A stretch of DNA of 64,000 nt from an uncultured Bacilli bacterium (GTDB lineage Bacteria > Bacillota_I > Bacilli_A > RF39 > UBA660). Under the pieces are notes generated by a model. That model was not told where the DNA came from, did no database searches, and saw only the letters and a list, made by a program, of their open reading frames with translations. The stretch lies in NCBI GenBank assembly GCA_934099115.1, contig CAKOPK010000003.1, positions 24,409 through 88,408 on the forward strand, read 5' to 3'. Below are positions 48,926 to 56,274 of the stretch, in pieces. Every line of letters begins with the position of its first letter. Positions within the stretch are counted from its first letter, which is position 1. The position numbers and the translations under genes were made by a program.

Positions 48926-49342
48926 TTTAGCAGTTTCTTTTTTTTCTACTTTTACTTCTTTTTTAACTTCAGTTTTAACAGTTTTTCCATCTAAAGCAGC
49001 TTTTGAAACAACTACTAATTCTGTAAATGCAGCTGGATTATCAATTGCAAGTTCACTTAACATCTTACGATTAATTTCAATACCAGCTTTAGATAAACCA
49101 TTCATAAATTTAGAATAACTGATCTCATTTGCTCTACAAGCAGCATTAATTCTTGTTATCCATAATTTTCTGAAGTTTCTCTTATTTGCTTTTCTATCTC
49201 TATAAGCATAAGCTCCACTATGGAATAATTGTTCTTGAGCTGTCTTATATAATCTATGTTTACTACCAAAGTAACCTTTAGCTTCTTTTAATACTTTTCT
49301 GCGACGATTTTTAGACACAGAACCACCTTTAACTCTTGTCAT
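48806..49342 (-). CDS. rplT: 50S ribosomal protein L20 with a roughly 60-aa C-terminal extension
   Basis: L20 core ([26 protein letters not shown]...) followed by a K/E-rich linker and ...[36 protein letters not shown]. Confidence 0.9.
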   Translation of the reverse strand: MTRVKGGSVSKNRRRKVLKEAKGYFGSKHRLYKTAQEQLFHSGAYAYRDRKANKRNFRKLWITRINAACRANEISYSKFMNGLSKAGIEINRKMLSELAIDNPAAFTELVVVSKAALDGKTVKTEVKKEVKVEKKETAKKEEKDYSKMTLTELKAIAKEQGVKGYSTMKKDELIGNLK

Positions 49343-49357
49343 ATTCTAACCTCCTTA

Positions 49358-49552
49358 TTAGATAACAGATTTTAGTCTGCTAGCTTCTCCTTTTCCTAAA
49401 ATTCCTTTATTTCTTCTTTGGCGTACTTGTTTTGAAGAATCTTTATTAGTTTTATGGTTACCATTTCCTTTTTTGTAAGTAATAGTCCCATTTTTCTTTT
49501 TTGTTAAAACCTTGCTACTTGCTTTATGAGTTTTTTGTTTGCACTTTGCCAT
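49358..49552 (-). CDS. rpmI: 50S ribosomal protein L35
   Basis: 64-aa highly basic ORF between infC and rplT. Confidence 0.85.
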   Translation of the reverse strand: MAKCKQKTHKASSKVLTKKKNGTITYKKGNGNHKTNKDSSKQVRQRRNKGILGKGEASRLKSVI

Positions 49553-49569
49553 AATACTTTCCTCCTACT

Positions 49570-50094
49570 TTACTTTTTTGGTGCTAATAGCATAAACATT
49601 TGGCGACCTTCCATTTTAGGATCAGCTTCAATAGTTGATACTTCACTTAAGCTTTCTGCGAAACGCATTAAAACATCTTTTCCTAATTCTGGTCTAGCCA
49701 TTTGGCGGCCTTTAAAACGAATAAATGCTTTAATTCTATGCCCTTTTACTAAATAATCCTTAGCATTTCTCACTCTAGTTTCAAAATCATGAATATCAAT
49801 AGTTGTAGATAAACGATATTCTTTTAATTCTTTATTCGTTTCTCTTTGCTTCTTTTGCTGTTCTTTCAATCTCTTTTGTCTTTCATAACGATACTTATTA
49901 TAATCCATAATTTTTGCTACGGCCATATTGCCATTTTCATTCATTAGAACTAAATCTAAGCCCGCATATCTAGCTAAAGTTAGAGCATCTGCTAATTTTT
50001 TTTGACCCATTTGTTCTCCATTTGGACCAATAACCATCATTTCGCTTACTCTAATTTGCTCATTGATAGGTAACTCTTTATTCACACTTGCTAT
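49570..50094 (-). CDS. infC: translation initiation factor IF-3
   Basis: IF-3 N and C domains (INEQIRVSEMMVIGPNGEQMG...). The ORF track starts at GTG 50085. In-frame ATA 50094 (9 nt after GGAGG) or ATT 50100 are plausible non-canonical starts, as is usual for infC. Confidence 0.9.
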   Translation of the reverse strand: MASVNKELPINEQIRVSEMMVIGPNGEQMGQKKLADALTLARYAGLDLVLMNENGNMAVAKIMDYNKYRYERQKRLKEQQKKQRETNKELKEYRLSTTIDIHDFETRVRNAKDYLVKGHRIKAFIRFKGRQMARPELGKDVLMRFAESLSEVSTIEADPKMEGRQMFMLLAPKK

Positions 50095-50100
50095 ATCAAT

Positions 50101-50235
50101 GCACCTCCATAATTAAAAAGGTAGAATACTTCTATTCCACCTAAACCTTATATTTTTTATTCATATATTTGGCTTTTTACCTATAGATATTCTCTATCAG
50201 GTGGAATAAAATTCGCTTTCCTTTTTCAATTTCTT
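50101..50235 (-). promoter_or_regulatory. L20-leader-type attenuator upstream of infC
   Basis: Minus strand terminator GGTGGAATA-GAAG-TATTCTACC followed by TTTTT (50141-50113). The upstream segment TATTCCACCT (50208-50199) can pair with AGGTGGAATA as an alternative helix. Confidence 0.6.
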
Positions 50236-50239
50236 TATC

Positions 50240-50268
50240 ATTATATAATTAATATATGTATTTGTCAA
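50240..50268 (-). promoter_or_regulatory. consensus sigma-A promoter of the infC operon
   Basis: Minus strand TTGACA (50268-50263), 17-nt spacer, TATAAT (50245-50240). Confidence 0.7.
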
Positions 50269-50299
50269 GAATATAATGTCAAAAAAGCAAAAAAGAGAC

Positions 50300-50731
50300 T
50301 TAATTTAATCTCTCTTTTACTAATTTACTAACTAAGCTCATATCTGCATTTGTTATTTTAGTATTAACTACTTTCATAACATTTCCCATATCTTTCATAG
50401 AAGAAGGCTTTAATTCTGTAAATACTTCATCAATAACTTTTACAATCTCTTCTTCTGTCATTTCTTCAGGTAAATAATTACTTAATACAGATATTTCTTG
50501 ATTTAATTTTAATACTTCCTCTTCTTTATTATATTTTTGATATTCTGCAATACTATCTTTACGACTTTTTACTTGTCTTTTAATAACAGCAATTACATCA
50601 TCATCTGTTAATTCTTGTTTTTTATTAATACTTTCTAATTGCATAGCACTCTTTAACATTCTTAATACTGATAAAGTAAATTTGTCGCCAGACTTCATTG
50701 CATTTTTTAAATCAATTGCTATTTTTTCATT
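50300..50731 (-). CDS. GatB/YqeY-domain protein
   Basis: MNEKIAIDLKNAMKSGDKFTLSVLRMLKSAMQ... matches the YqeY pattern. Follows rpsU as in Bacillus. The ORF-track N-terminal extension overlaps rpsU and is rejected. Confidence 0.8.
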   Translation of the reverse strand, partial: NEKIAIDLKNAMKSGDKFTLSVLRMLKSAMQLESINKKQELTDDDVIAVIKRQVKSRKDSIAEYQKYNKEEEVLKLNQEISVLSNYLPEEMTEEEIVKVIDEVFTELKPSSMKDMGNVMKVVNTKITNADMSLVSKLVKERLN

Positions 50732-50747
50732 CATTATGATTTCCCTC

Positions 50748-50933
50748 TTAATAATTTTTATGCTTTCTAGCATTTCTAATTTGTTCTTTTTTTTCATTTC
50801 TACGTCTTACGCCTGGTTTTTCATAATGTTTTCTTTTCTTTAACTCAGAAGGGACACCGCTTCTAGCAACTTTAGCTTTAAATTTCTTTAATGCTCCATC
50901 AACGTTTCCATTTTGAACTACTACTTTAGTCAT
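50748..50933 (-). CDS. rpsU: 30S ribosomal protein S21
   Basis: 61-aa basic ORF with the ...GALKKFKAKVARSGV...KRKHYEKPG... S21 pattern. Confidence 0.9.
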   Translation of the reverse strand: MTKVVVQNGNVDGALKKFKAKVARSGVPSELKKRKHYEKPGVRRRNEKKEQIRNARKHKNY

Positions 50934-50967
50934 ATAATAATCCCTCCCTTCCGTTTTTTCAATTTAT

Positions 50968-50996
50968 AGTATAACACCAAACATTTTGTATATCAA
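50968..50996 (-). promoter_or_regulatory. promoter of rpsU-yqeY
   Basis: Minus strand TTGATA (50996-50991), 17-nt spacer, TGTTATACT extended -10 (50973-50968). Confidence 0.6.
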
Positions 50997-51009
50997 GTTA
51001 TTTTAGGCT

Positions 51010-51204
51010 TTATTCTACAATTTCTTCACTATAAATAGGCTTTTTTTCTAATTCTTTTTGATACAACTCTTCTTTAATATCATTTTTAAGTGCATTTAAA
51101 AATGTTTGTTTGTAATTATTAATCATCAATACTGATAACATCATAACAATAAATACTAAAAAGAAAGAATATACCAAATACATGGATGCAAACCCTTTTT
51201 TCAT
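51010..51204 (-). CDS. hypothetical 64-aa single-pass membrane protein
   Basis: MKKGFASMYLVYSFFLVFIVMMLSVLMINNY then an acidic/basic tail. GGTGAGG SD. Own promoter-like TGATATAAT at 51230-51222. Confidence 0.45.
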   Translation of the reverse strand: MKKGFASMYLVYSFFLVFIVMMLSVLMINNYKQTFLNALKNDIKEELYQKELEKKPIYSEEIVE

Positions 51205-51221
51205 TTTGCCTCACCAAATCA

Positions 51222-51230
51222 ATTATATCA
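51222..51230 (-). promoter_or_regulatory. extended -10 element upstream of the 64-aa ORF
   Basis: Minus strand TGATATAAT. No good -35. Confidence 0.35.
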
Positions 51231-51255
51231 GAAAAAAAGAGCTTGGGGAACTCTT
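51231..51255 (-). terminator. intrinsic terminator of the peptide/exporter operon
   Basis: Minus strand AGAGTT-CCCC-AA(G)CTCT followed by TTTTTTT, starting 2 nt after the P3 stop. Confidence 0.55.
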
Positions 51256-51256
51256 T

Positions 51257-51412
51257 TTAACAATATTTTTTCTTTGAAAATAATCTTCGAATAGAAGAAC
51301 CTACCATTTTACCTACACTTATTGTAAGAGAAAGAAATCTAGAAACAGAATTTAACATATTACTTGACATTCCTCCTTTGATTTCTAGTAGGGTTATATT
51401 ATTTAGTTGCAT
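51257..51412 (-). CDS. double-glycine-leader peptide P3 (51 aa)
   Basis: Not in ORF track. MQLNNITLLEIKGG | MSSNMLNSVSRFLSLTISVGKMVGSSIRRLFSKKKYC. ATG 51412 is 9 nt after the P2 stop, with AGGA 7 nt upstream. Confidence 0.6.
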   Translation of the reverse strand: MQLNNITLLEIKGGMSSNMLNSVSRFLSLTISVGKMVGSSIRRLFSKKKYC

Positions 51413-51421
51413 ACTTAAATC

Positions 51422-51553
51422 CTAACATTTGTCTGGATAGATTATTCCATATATAACGGAAGCTACAAACACAGTTGCTACTCCAATTAATCCCCAAATA
51501 GTACTTTTAAATCCTCCAGATATTGTTAACAATTCTTCTTGCTTTAGTACCAT
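51422..51553 (-). CDS. double-glycine-leader peptide P2 (43 aa)
   Basis: Not in ORF track. MVLKQEELLTISGG | FKSTIWGLIGVATVFVASVIYGIIYPDKC. AAAAGGAGA SD lies 6 nt before the ATG. Confidence 0.65.
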   Translation of the reverse strand: MVLKQEELLTISGGFKSTIWGLIGVATVFVASVIYGIIYPDKC

Positions 51554-51657
51554 AAGCGTCTCCTTTTTACTAATCTGCCTAATAAACTAATAAAGCTTAG
51601 CCATATAGAGCAACCACCTTCTATTTCTAGAAGTTTCAAATTACTTAATTTTTCCAT
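51544..51657 (-). CDS. double-glycine-leader peptide P1 (37 aa; alternative start 51675 adds MKGKRR)
   Basis: Not in ORF track. MEKLSNLKLLEIEGG | CSIWLSFISLLGRLVKRRRLWY. Its 3' end overlaps the P2 start by 10 nt. Confidence 0.6.
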   Translation of the reverse strand: MEKLSNLKLLEIEGGCSIWLSFISLLGRLVKRRRLWY

Positions 51658-51792
51658 TCTTCTCTTCCCTTTCATCAAAATGCTCTTATTATCTTTAAAC
51701 CAATATAAATTTCTAATAATAAAATAATTAAAATAAATAGTAGTCTACTAAGATAAAATTTTGGTCTTTGTTTTAGAAAAGCTATCTTATTG

Positions 51793-53847
51793 TTATATAC
51801 TTGAAACATTTTCTCCTCCTAGCTCAAATATTTTATCAAACTCACTGGATACATCTTTGTGCGATACATAAATTAAAGTTTTATCCGAAAAATATTTTTT
51901 AACATTTTTAATAATAGTTTTCTCCATTTCAATATTTACCTCGCTTAAAGCTTCATCTAAAATCAAAATTTTGCAATTCTTTAATAATGCTCTTGCTAAG
52001 ATTATTCGTTGTTTTTCTCCTCCACTCAAGTTATTAATGGAAGCATTAATATACGTTTGATATCTATTTTTCTTCTTAGATATGATGTTTTCTAATTCAC
52101 AAATTTTAGCAACTTTTAAAAATTCTATTTCATCAATATTTCTATCGCATATTATGTTTTCTAATATAGTTCCAGAAAATATTTTTTCATTTTGGCTTAC
52201 ATATGTAATATTATTTCTAATTGAATTTAAGCTATAATCTTGTTCACTCGTACTGCCTATTCTTATTATTCCTCTATAATTATTTTCTTGATAGCTTATT
52301 AACTTACATATAGTTGATTTACCGGTACCACTAGGGCCCATTAATAAAACCTTTTCTTGACTATTAATTTTCAAATTTAAATCTTCTAAAATATTATTAA
52401 AATGATTATAGGAAAAAGTTAAGTTTTCTATGAGTATGGAGTTATTTTCTATTTGGTCTAAGCCAGTGTTTAAATCTTCTCTAGGAATATTTATAAAATC
52501 TTTAAGTTTATTAAAAGACGCCTTTAAATAATCAATTCTTGGTAATAAATCAAGAAGTTCTTTGATAGGATTTATTAAATATAATAAAACGCTATTAAAG
52601 GTAATCAAACTTAATAAATCAAGTTTATTAATAGATACTAGATAAATTCCTGCACTAGTTATTAAAAAAGTTCCTATTTCATAAATAACATTTTTTACAC
52701 ATTCTAAATTTTCAATCATAATATTTAATTTTAAATTGCTCTTCAACATGAGAATTAATTTATTTTCAATTCTATTAAGAAAATTATCAGTTAAGCCTAA
52801 ATTTTTAATACTTGTATTCATTTCTATAGTCTCTATTAAGCCAGTATTAAAATCTGTAGAAGTTTCAATGTTTTCTTTTATTTTTCTTTTTAAGAATATA
52901 TTGATTATTAAGTTGTATGAAATAAGAAAAATAATCATGAGTAGAAGCACTAAAAATAATTTGTTGCTTATCCAAAATAAAACCAAACTAGAGCCAATAA
53001 TCAAAATCGAATTTAGAATAATTGTTGTGAATATTTCTCCAATAAGATTTTTTATCTCATTAAGCTCATTAATTCTTGAAACAATTTCTCCTGTCGAACG
53101 ATTCTGAATAAAATTTAAAGGAAGACTTAATATATGAGCTAAAAATTCTGAAAATATCGTTACATCTATATTTTTATTTAAATAAATTAAATTATAGTTC
53201 TTAAGATGAACAAATAAAACTTTTAAAATCATCAAGCCTAGAAAGAATAATATTATGTTTTTTAAAATTGAACTTTGTATTTTCATTAAAGCAACTTGGA
53301 AATAAAAACTTGAAAATATAGTGATGAATGTAATAAAAATATTCATCCAACATATTTGAAAAAATTGTTTTTTGTTTTTTGTTATAAGTTCTAAGAGTAA
53401 AGTAAGTATATTTATATTATTTTCATAAAAAGGTATTTTAGTTACTGGTGTGAATATTAGTATGATATTATCCCAAGCTTCACAAAATTCTTTTTTAGAA
53501 ACTTTTATTTTCCCTCTAGCTGGGTCCATAATCCAAACATATTTCTTAGTTATTTTATATACAACTACAAAATGATTAAGACCATTTTTTAAAACTACAT
53601 GCGCGATTGCTGGTAAGTATATGTTTTCATCATCTATGCTATCTGCTTTCATTCCTATAGCTTCAAAGCCATAATTTTTAGCAGCATTTATTAAATGAAA
53701 TGCAGTTGTTCCAAAATTGGTTGTATTGGTGTCTTCTCTTATTTTTTCAAGCGGAACATAACCTCCATAATATTTAATAATGCATAGTAGAGAACAAGCT
53801 CCACAATCTTTTAAATCTTGTTGTAAAACATTTTCTATTTTTGCCAT
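51793..53847 (-). CDS. peptidase-C39-domain ABC transporter (bacteriocin/peptide-pheromone exporter type)
   Basis: 684 aa. N-terminal C39 domain (QQDLKDCGACSL catalytic Cys context; NHFVVVY...MDPARG His/Asp context), 6-TM domain, Walker A GPSGTGKST, LSGGEKQR, ILILDEA. GGGAGG SD. Confidence 0.9.
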   Translation of the reverse strand: MAKIENVLQQDLKDCGACSLLCIIKYYGGYVPLEKIREDTNTTNFGTTAFHLINAAKNYGFEAIGMKADSIDDENIYLPAIAHVVLKNGLNHFVVVYKITKKYVWIMDPARGKIKVSKKEFCEAWDNIILIFTPVTKIPFYENNINILTLLLELITKNKKQFFQICWMNIFITFITIFSSFYFQVALMKIQSSILKNIILFFLGLMILKVLFVHLKNYNLIYLNKNIDVTIFSEFLAHILSLPLNFIQNRSTGEIVSRINELNEIKNLIGEIFTTIILNSILIIGSSLVLFWISNKLFLVLLLMIIFLISYNLIINIFLKRKIKENIETSTDFNTGLIETIEMNTSIKNLGLTDNFLNRIENKLILMLKSNLKLNIMIENLECVKNVIYEIGTFLITSAGIYLVSINKLDLLSLITFNSVLLYLINPIKELLDLLPRIDYLKASFNKLKDFINIPREDLNTGLDQIENNSILIENLTFSYNHFNNILEDLNLKINSQEKVLLMGPSGTGKSTICKLISYQENNYRGIIRIGSTSEQDYSLNSIRNNITYVSQNEKIFSGTILENIICDRNIDEIEFLKVAKICELENIISKKKNRYQTYINASINNLSGGEKQRIILARALLKNCKILILDEALSEVNIEMEKTIIKNVKKYFSDKTLIYVSHKDVSSEFDKIFELGGENVSSI

Positions 53848-53968
53848 CTATTATGCCTCCCTTCGTTATAATTAATACATATTTTTTAGCGAAAGTCCAG
53901 GGATTTGGCCGCTTTGGTTAATATCTTATTTATGGAAGACATACATCGACAAATTTTGCACTTTTTTT

Positions 53969-54457
53969 ATGTATAATAGCCAATCAAAAAGAAAGGAAGA
54001 GATAAATTTGACAGGACTTGAAATAGCTACTAAAAGAATCAATTCTAACTTAACTATAAAAGAAATGGCCAGAATTTTAAATATTAGTATAAGTAAATAT
54101 AAAATGGTAGAAAGCAAAAATATGCCTTTAAAGCTAGACGAAATAAATTCTTTTTGTAATACTTTTAATATTTCTCTAGATACATTTTTTGGTTTAAATA
54201 AAAAGAAAAAACAAGATAATATTTATCAAAATATAAATTATTCTTATCTAAAATTTAGTTTAAAATATTATAGAAAGATGGCTCGAATTAGTCAAAAAGG
54301 CTTAGCAAATATCCTCGGATTCTCTGTATCTACAATTTCTTTATACGAAAGAAATGCCCATAAAGCAAGCAGTATATATATATATTTATTTGCTAATTAC
54401 TTTCATGTTTCTATAGATTATATGTGTGGCAAAAGTTTACAAAAATTTTTATATTAA
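53969..54457 (+). CDS. transcriptional regulator with two tandem XRE-type HTH domains
   Basis: HTH 1 is LTIKEMARILNISISKYKMVESKN and HTH 2 is ISQKGLANILGFSVSTISLYERNA. Each is followed by a ...SLDTFFG / SIDYMCG helix. The real start may be TTG 54008 (GGAAGAG SD), with TATAAT at 53972-53977 acting as the -10. Confidence 0.75.
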   Translation: MYNSQSKRKEEINLTGLEIATKRINSNLTIKEMARILNISISKYKMVESKNMPLKLDEINSFCNTFNISLDTFFGLNKKKKQDNIYQNINYSYLKFSLKYYRKMARISQKGLANILGFSVSTISLYERNAHKASSIYIYLFANYFHVSIDYMCGKSLQKFLY

Positions 54458-54466
54458 AAAAGAAGT

Positions 54467-55630
54467 TTAATTATCTTCTAAAACCTCTTTTATAAAAATT
54501 TCATCATCTTTAAATAAATCATATTTTTTTACAATAAACTTAAATATTACTTTCATAAGAGCTATACAAGGAGTCGCAATAACCATACCAAGTATTCCAA
54601 AATAGTGAGCAAATACTAATAAACCAATCATAATTGTTACTGGATGTAAATGGGTTGTTTTACTCATAACAATTGGTTGTAATATATAGTTTTCTACTAA
54701 CTGAACAACTACACATACAATTAATACAGCAATGCCTGTTATGGAACCTTGACTAAAGCCAACTATTACTGCAGCAGCTCCTCCAATATATGGTCCTATA
54801 TAGGGAATTAAATCTGTTAAACCACAGAATACTCCAAATAATAATGGTGCATTTAAGCCAACAATAGCAAACCCTATCGTATCACAAACAAATACCATAA
54901 ATGCTACTAAAAGAGTTCCACTAATTGTTTTTCTTACTTCTTTGCCAATATCAGTCAATAATACTTCCATCTCATATTTATTCTTATTAGGAACTAATTT
55001 AAGAAAATGTTTAGCAATCGCATCAAAATCAAATAGCATATATAAACCAACTACTAAACTAATTAAAATAGTACCTATACCAGAAAATAAATTTCCTAAA
55101 ATATCAATTAATGATGTTGGAAGTGAATTTGTAAACTTTAATAAATATTCTCCTACTCCCGAAAATAAATTATCTTTTAATCCTGATACATCTAAGCCAC
55201 TAATAGCAACTTGGTCTAAAAAATCATTCATTACAACTTTAAATTTATCTAATATTGCCGGCAAAGTTATGATTAATTCATTAATTTGATTATATAAAGT
55301 TGGGATTAATATTCTTAAAAATATATAAATAAATATTAAAAATATTGCATATACAAGTAAACTACCCCATATTCTCGGTAATCCTTTTTGATTTAATTTC
55401 TTTACAATTGGATTTAACAACCAAGCAATAACAAAACCTATAAATAATGGTGATAAAACTTTAAGGAAAGTAAGTAAAATATGCCATACATTTAAATTTT
55501 TTAAAATAATTGTTCCACATAATATAATGGCTACAATCATAACGATATACAATAGCTTTAATATTTTCTTAGTTAAAGATACTACCTCATTTACTTCTTC
55601 GTTATTTATTTCCTTAAATTTTTTATTCAT
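54467..55630 (-). CDS. AI-2E family (PerM/UPF0118) transporter
   Basis: 387 aa, about 8 TM segments, with the LIPYIGPYIGG and NYILQPIVMS patterns typical of the family. Confidence 0.8.
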   Translation of the reverse strand: MNKKFKEINNEEVNEVVSLTKKILKLLYIVMIVAIILCGTIILKNLNVWHILLTFLKVLSPLFIGFVIAWLLNPIVKKLNQKGLPRIWGSLLVYAIFLIFIYIFLRILIPTLYNQINELIITLPAILDKFKVVMNDFLDQVAISGLDVSGLKDNLFSGVGEYLLKFTNSLPTSLIDILGNLFSGIGTILISLVVGLYMLFDFDAIAKHFLKLVPNKNKYEMEVLLTDIGKEVRKTISGTLLVAFMVFVCDTIGFAIVGLNAPLLFGVFCGLTDLIPYIGPYIGGAAAVIVGFSQGSITGIAVLIVCVVVQLVENYILQPIVMSKTTHLHPVTIMIGLLVFAHYFGILGMVIATPCIALMKVIFKFIVKKYDLFKDDEIFIKEVLEDN

Positions 55631-55631
55631 A

Positions 55632-56162
55632 CTAAACCCTCATTAACTCGATTTCTTTTTCCTTAAAGATTTCGTCTATCTTTTTATTATATGTATTAAT
55701 ATTTTCTTGTATATCTTCTAAATATAATTTTTCTTCATCCTCTGGCAATTCCATTTTTTTAATATCATTATTAGCGTCTTGGCGAATATTTCTTAATGCT
55801 ACTCTTGCTTCTTCACATATCATTTTAGCTTGGCGAACATAATCTTTTCTTTTTTCTTCCGTAAGTTCAGGTACTGTTAAAATGATTAATTCTCCATTAT
55901 TTGTTGGCGTAATACCAATATTAGCCTCATTAATAGCTCTTTCTATTTCTTTTAAGGCTCCACGATCAAATGGTTTAATCATTAAGCTTCTTGCTTCTGG
56001 CACAGTTATATTTGCTAAACTTTGAATAGGAGTTGGTACCCCATAATAATTAGCCATAATTCCATTTAACATAGCCGGATTAGCTCTACCAGCTCTTATA
56101 TTTAAAAGCCTTGCTTCTAAATTTTCTATTGCTTTTTGCATTTTTGTTTCTACTTCATCCAT
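55632..56162 (-). CDS. frr: ribosome recycling factor
   Basis: 176 aa with the LNIRAGRANPAML, ITVPEARSLMIKPFD and RNIRQDANN patterns. Confidence 0.9.
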   Translation of the reverse strand: MDEVETKMQKAIENLEARLLNIRAGRANPAMLNGIMANYYGVPTPIQSLANITVPEARSLMIKPFDRGALKEIERAINEANIGITPTNNGELIILTVPELTEEKRKDYVRQAKMICEEARVALRNIRQDANNDIKKMELPEDEEKLYLEDIQENINTYNKKIDEIFKEKEIELMRV

Positions 56163-56199
56163 ATTCTATTATTCCTCCTTAATTGAATATTATAACATC

Positions 56200-56228
56200 A
56201 TTATATCCAAAATTACCCAATTTTACAA
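56200..56228 (-). promoter_or_regulatory. promoter of frr
   Basis: Minus strand TTGTAA (56228-56223), 17-nt spacer, TATAAT (56205-56200). Confidence 0.6.
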
Positions 56229-56274
56229 GCTTCTAACTACTTATATTAATATATATGGCAATTTTTTCATCTTA

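Noticed and set aside
51010-51204. 64-aa ORF as a ComGG or pseudopilin-like protein (KKGF... N-terminus).
   Set aside because: It has no Glu at +5, no prepilin-peptidase-type motif and no comG genes nearby. It is kept as a hypothetical membrane protein and possible immunity factor.
51257-51370. Short version of P3 starting at ATG 51370 (MSSNMLNS...), which at first looked like a leaderless 37-aa peptide.
   Set aside because: AGGAGG ends only 1 nt before that ATG. In fact GGA GGA are the in-frame Gly-Gly codons of a leader that begins at ATG 51412 (MQLNNITLLEIKGG). The longer form is adopted.
51658-51792. Imperfect direct repeats TTTTATCTTAG / TTTTATTATTAG (34 nt apart, minus strand) upstream of P1, considered as regulator binding sites.
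   Set aside because: The sequence is almost pure A/T, so such repeats are expected by chance. The spacing does not match known LytTR-type sites. There is not enough evidence to call them.
52736-53107. 123-aa plus-strand ORF inside the C39-ABC exporter. Also 53926-54117 (antisense to the XRE gene start), 54942-55289 and 56527-56823.
   Set aside because: These are antisense to supported genes with hydrophobic low-complexity translations. I checked them because they lie in the accessory locus, but nothing supports them as real.
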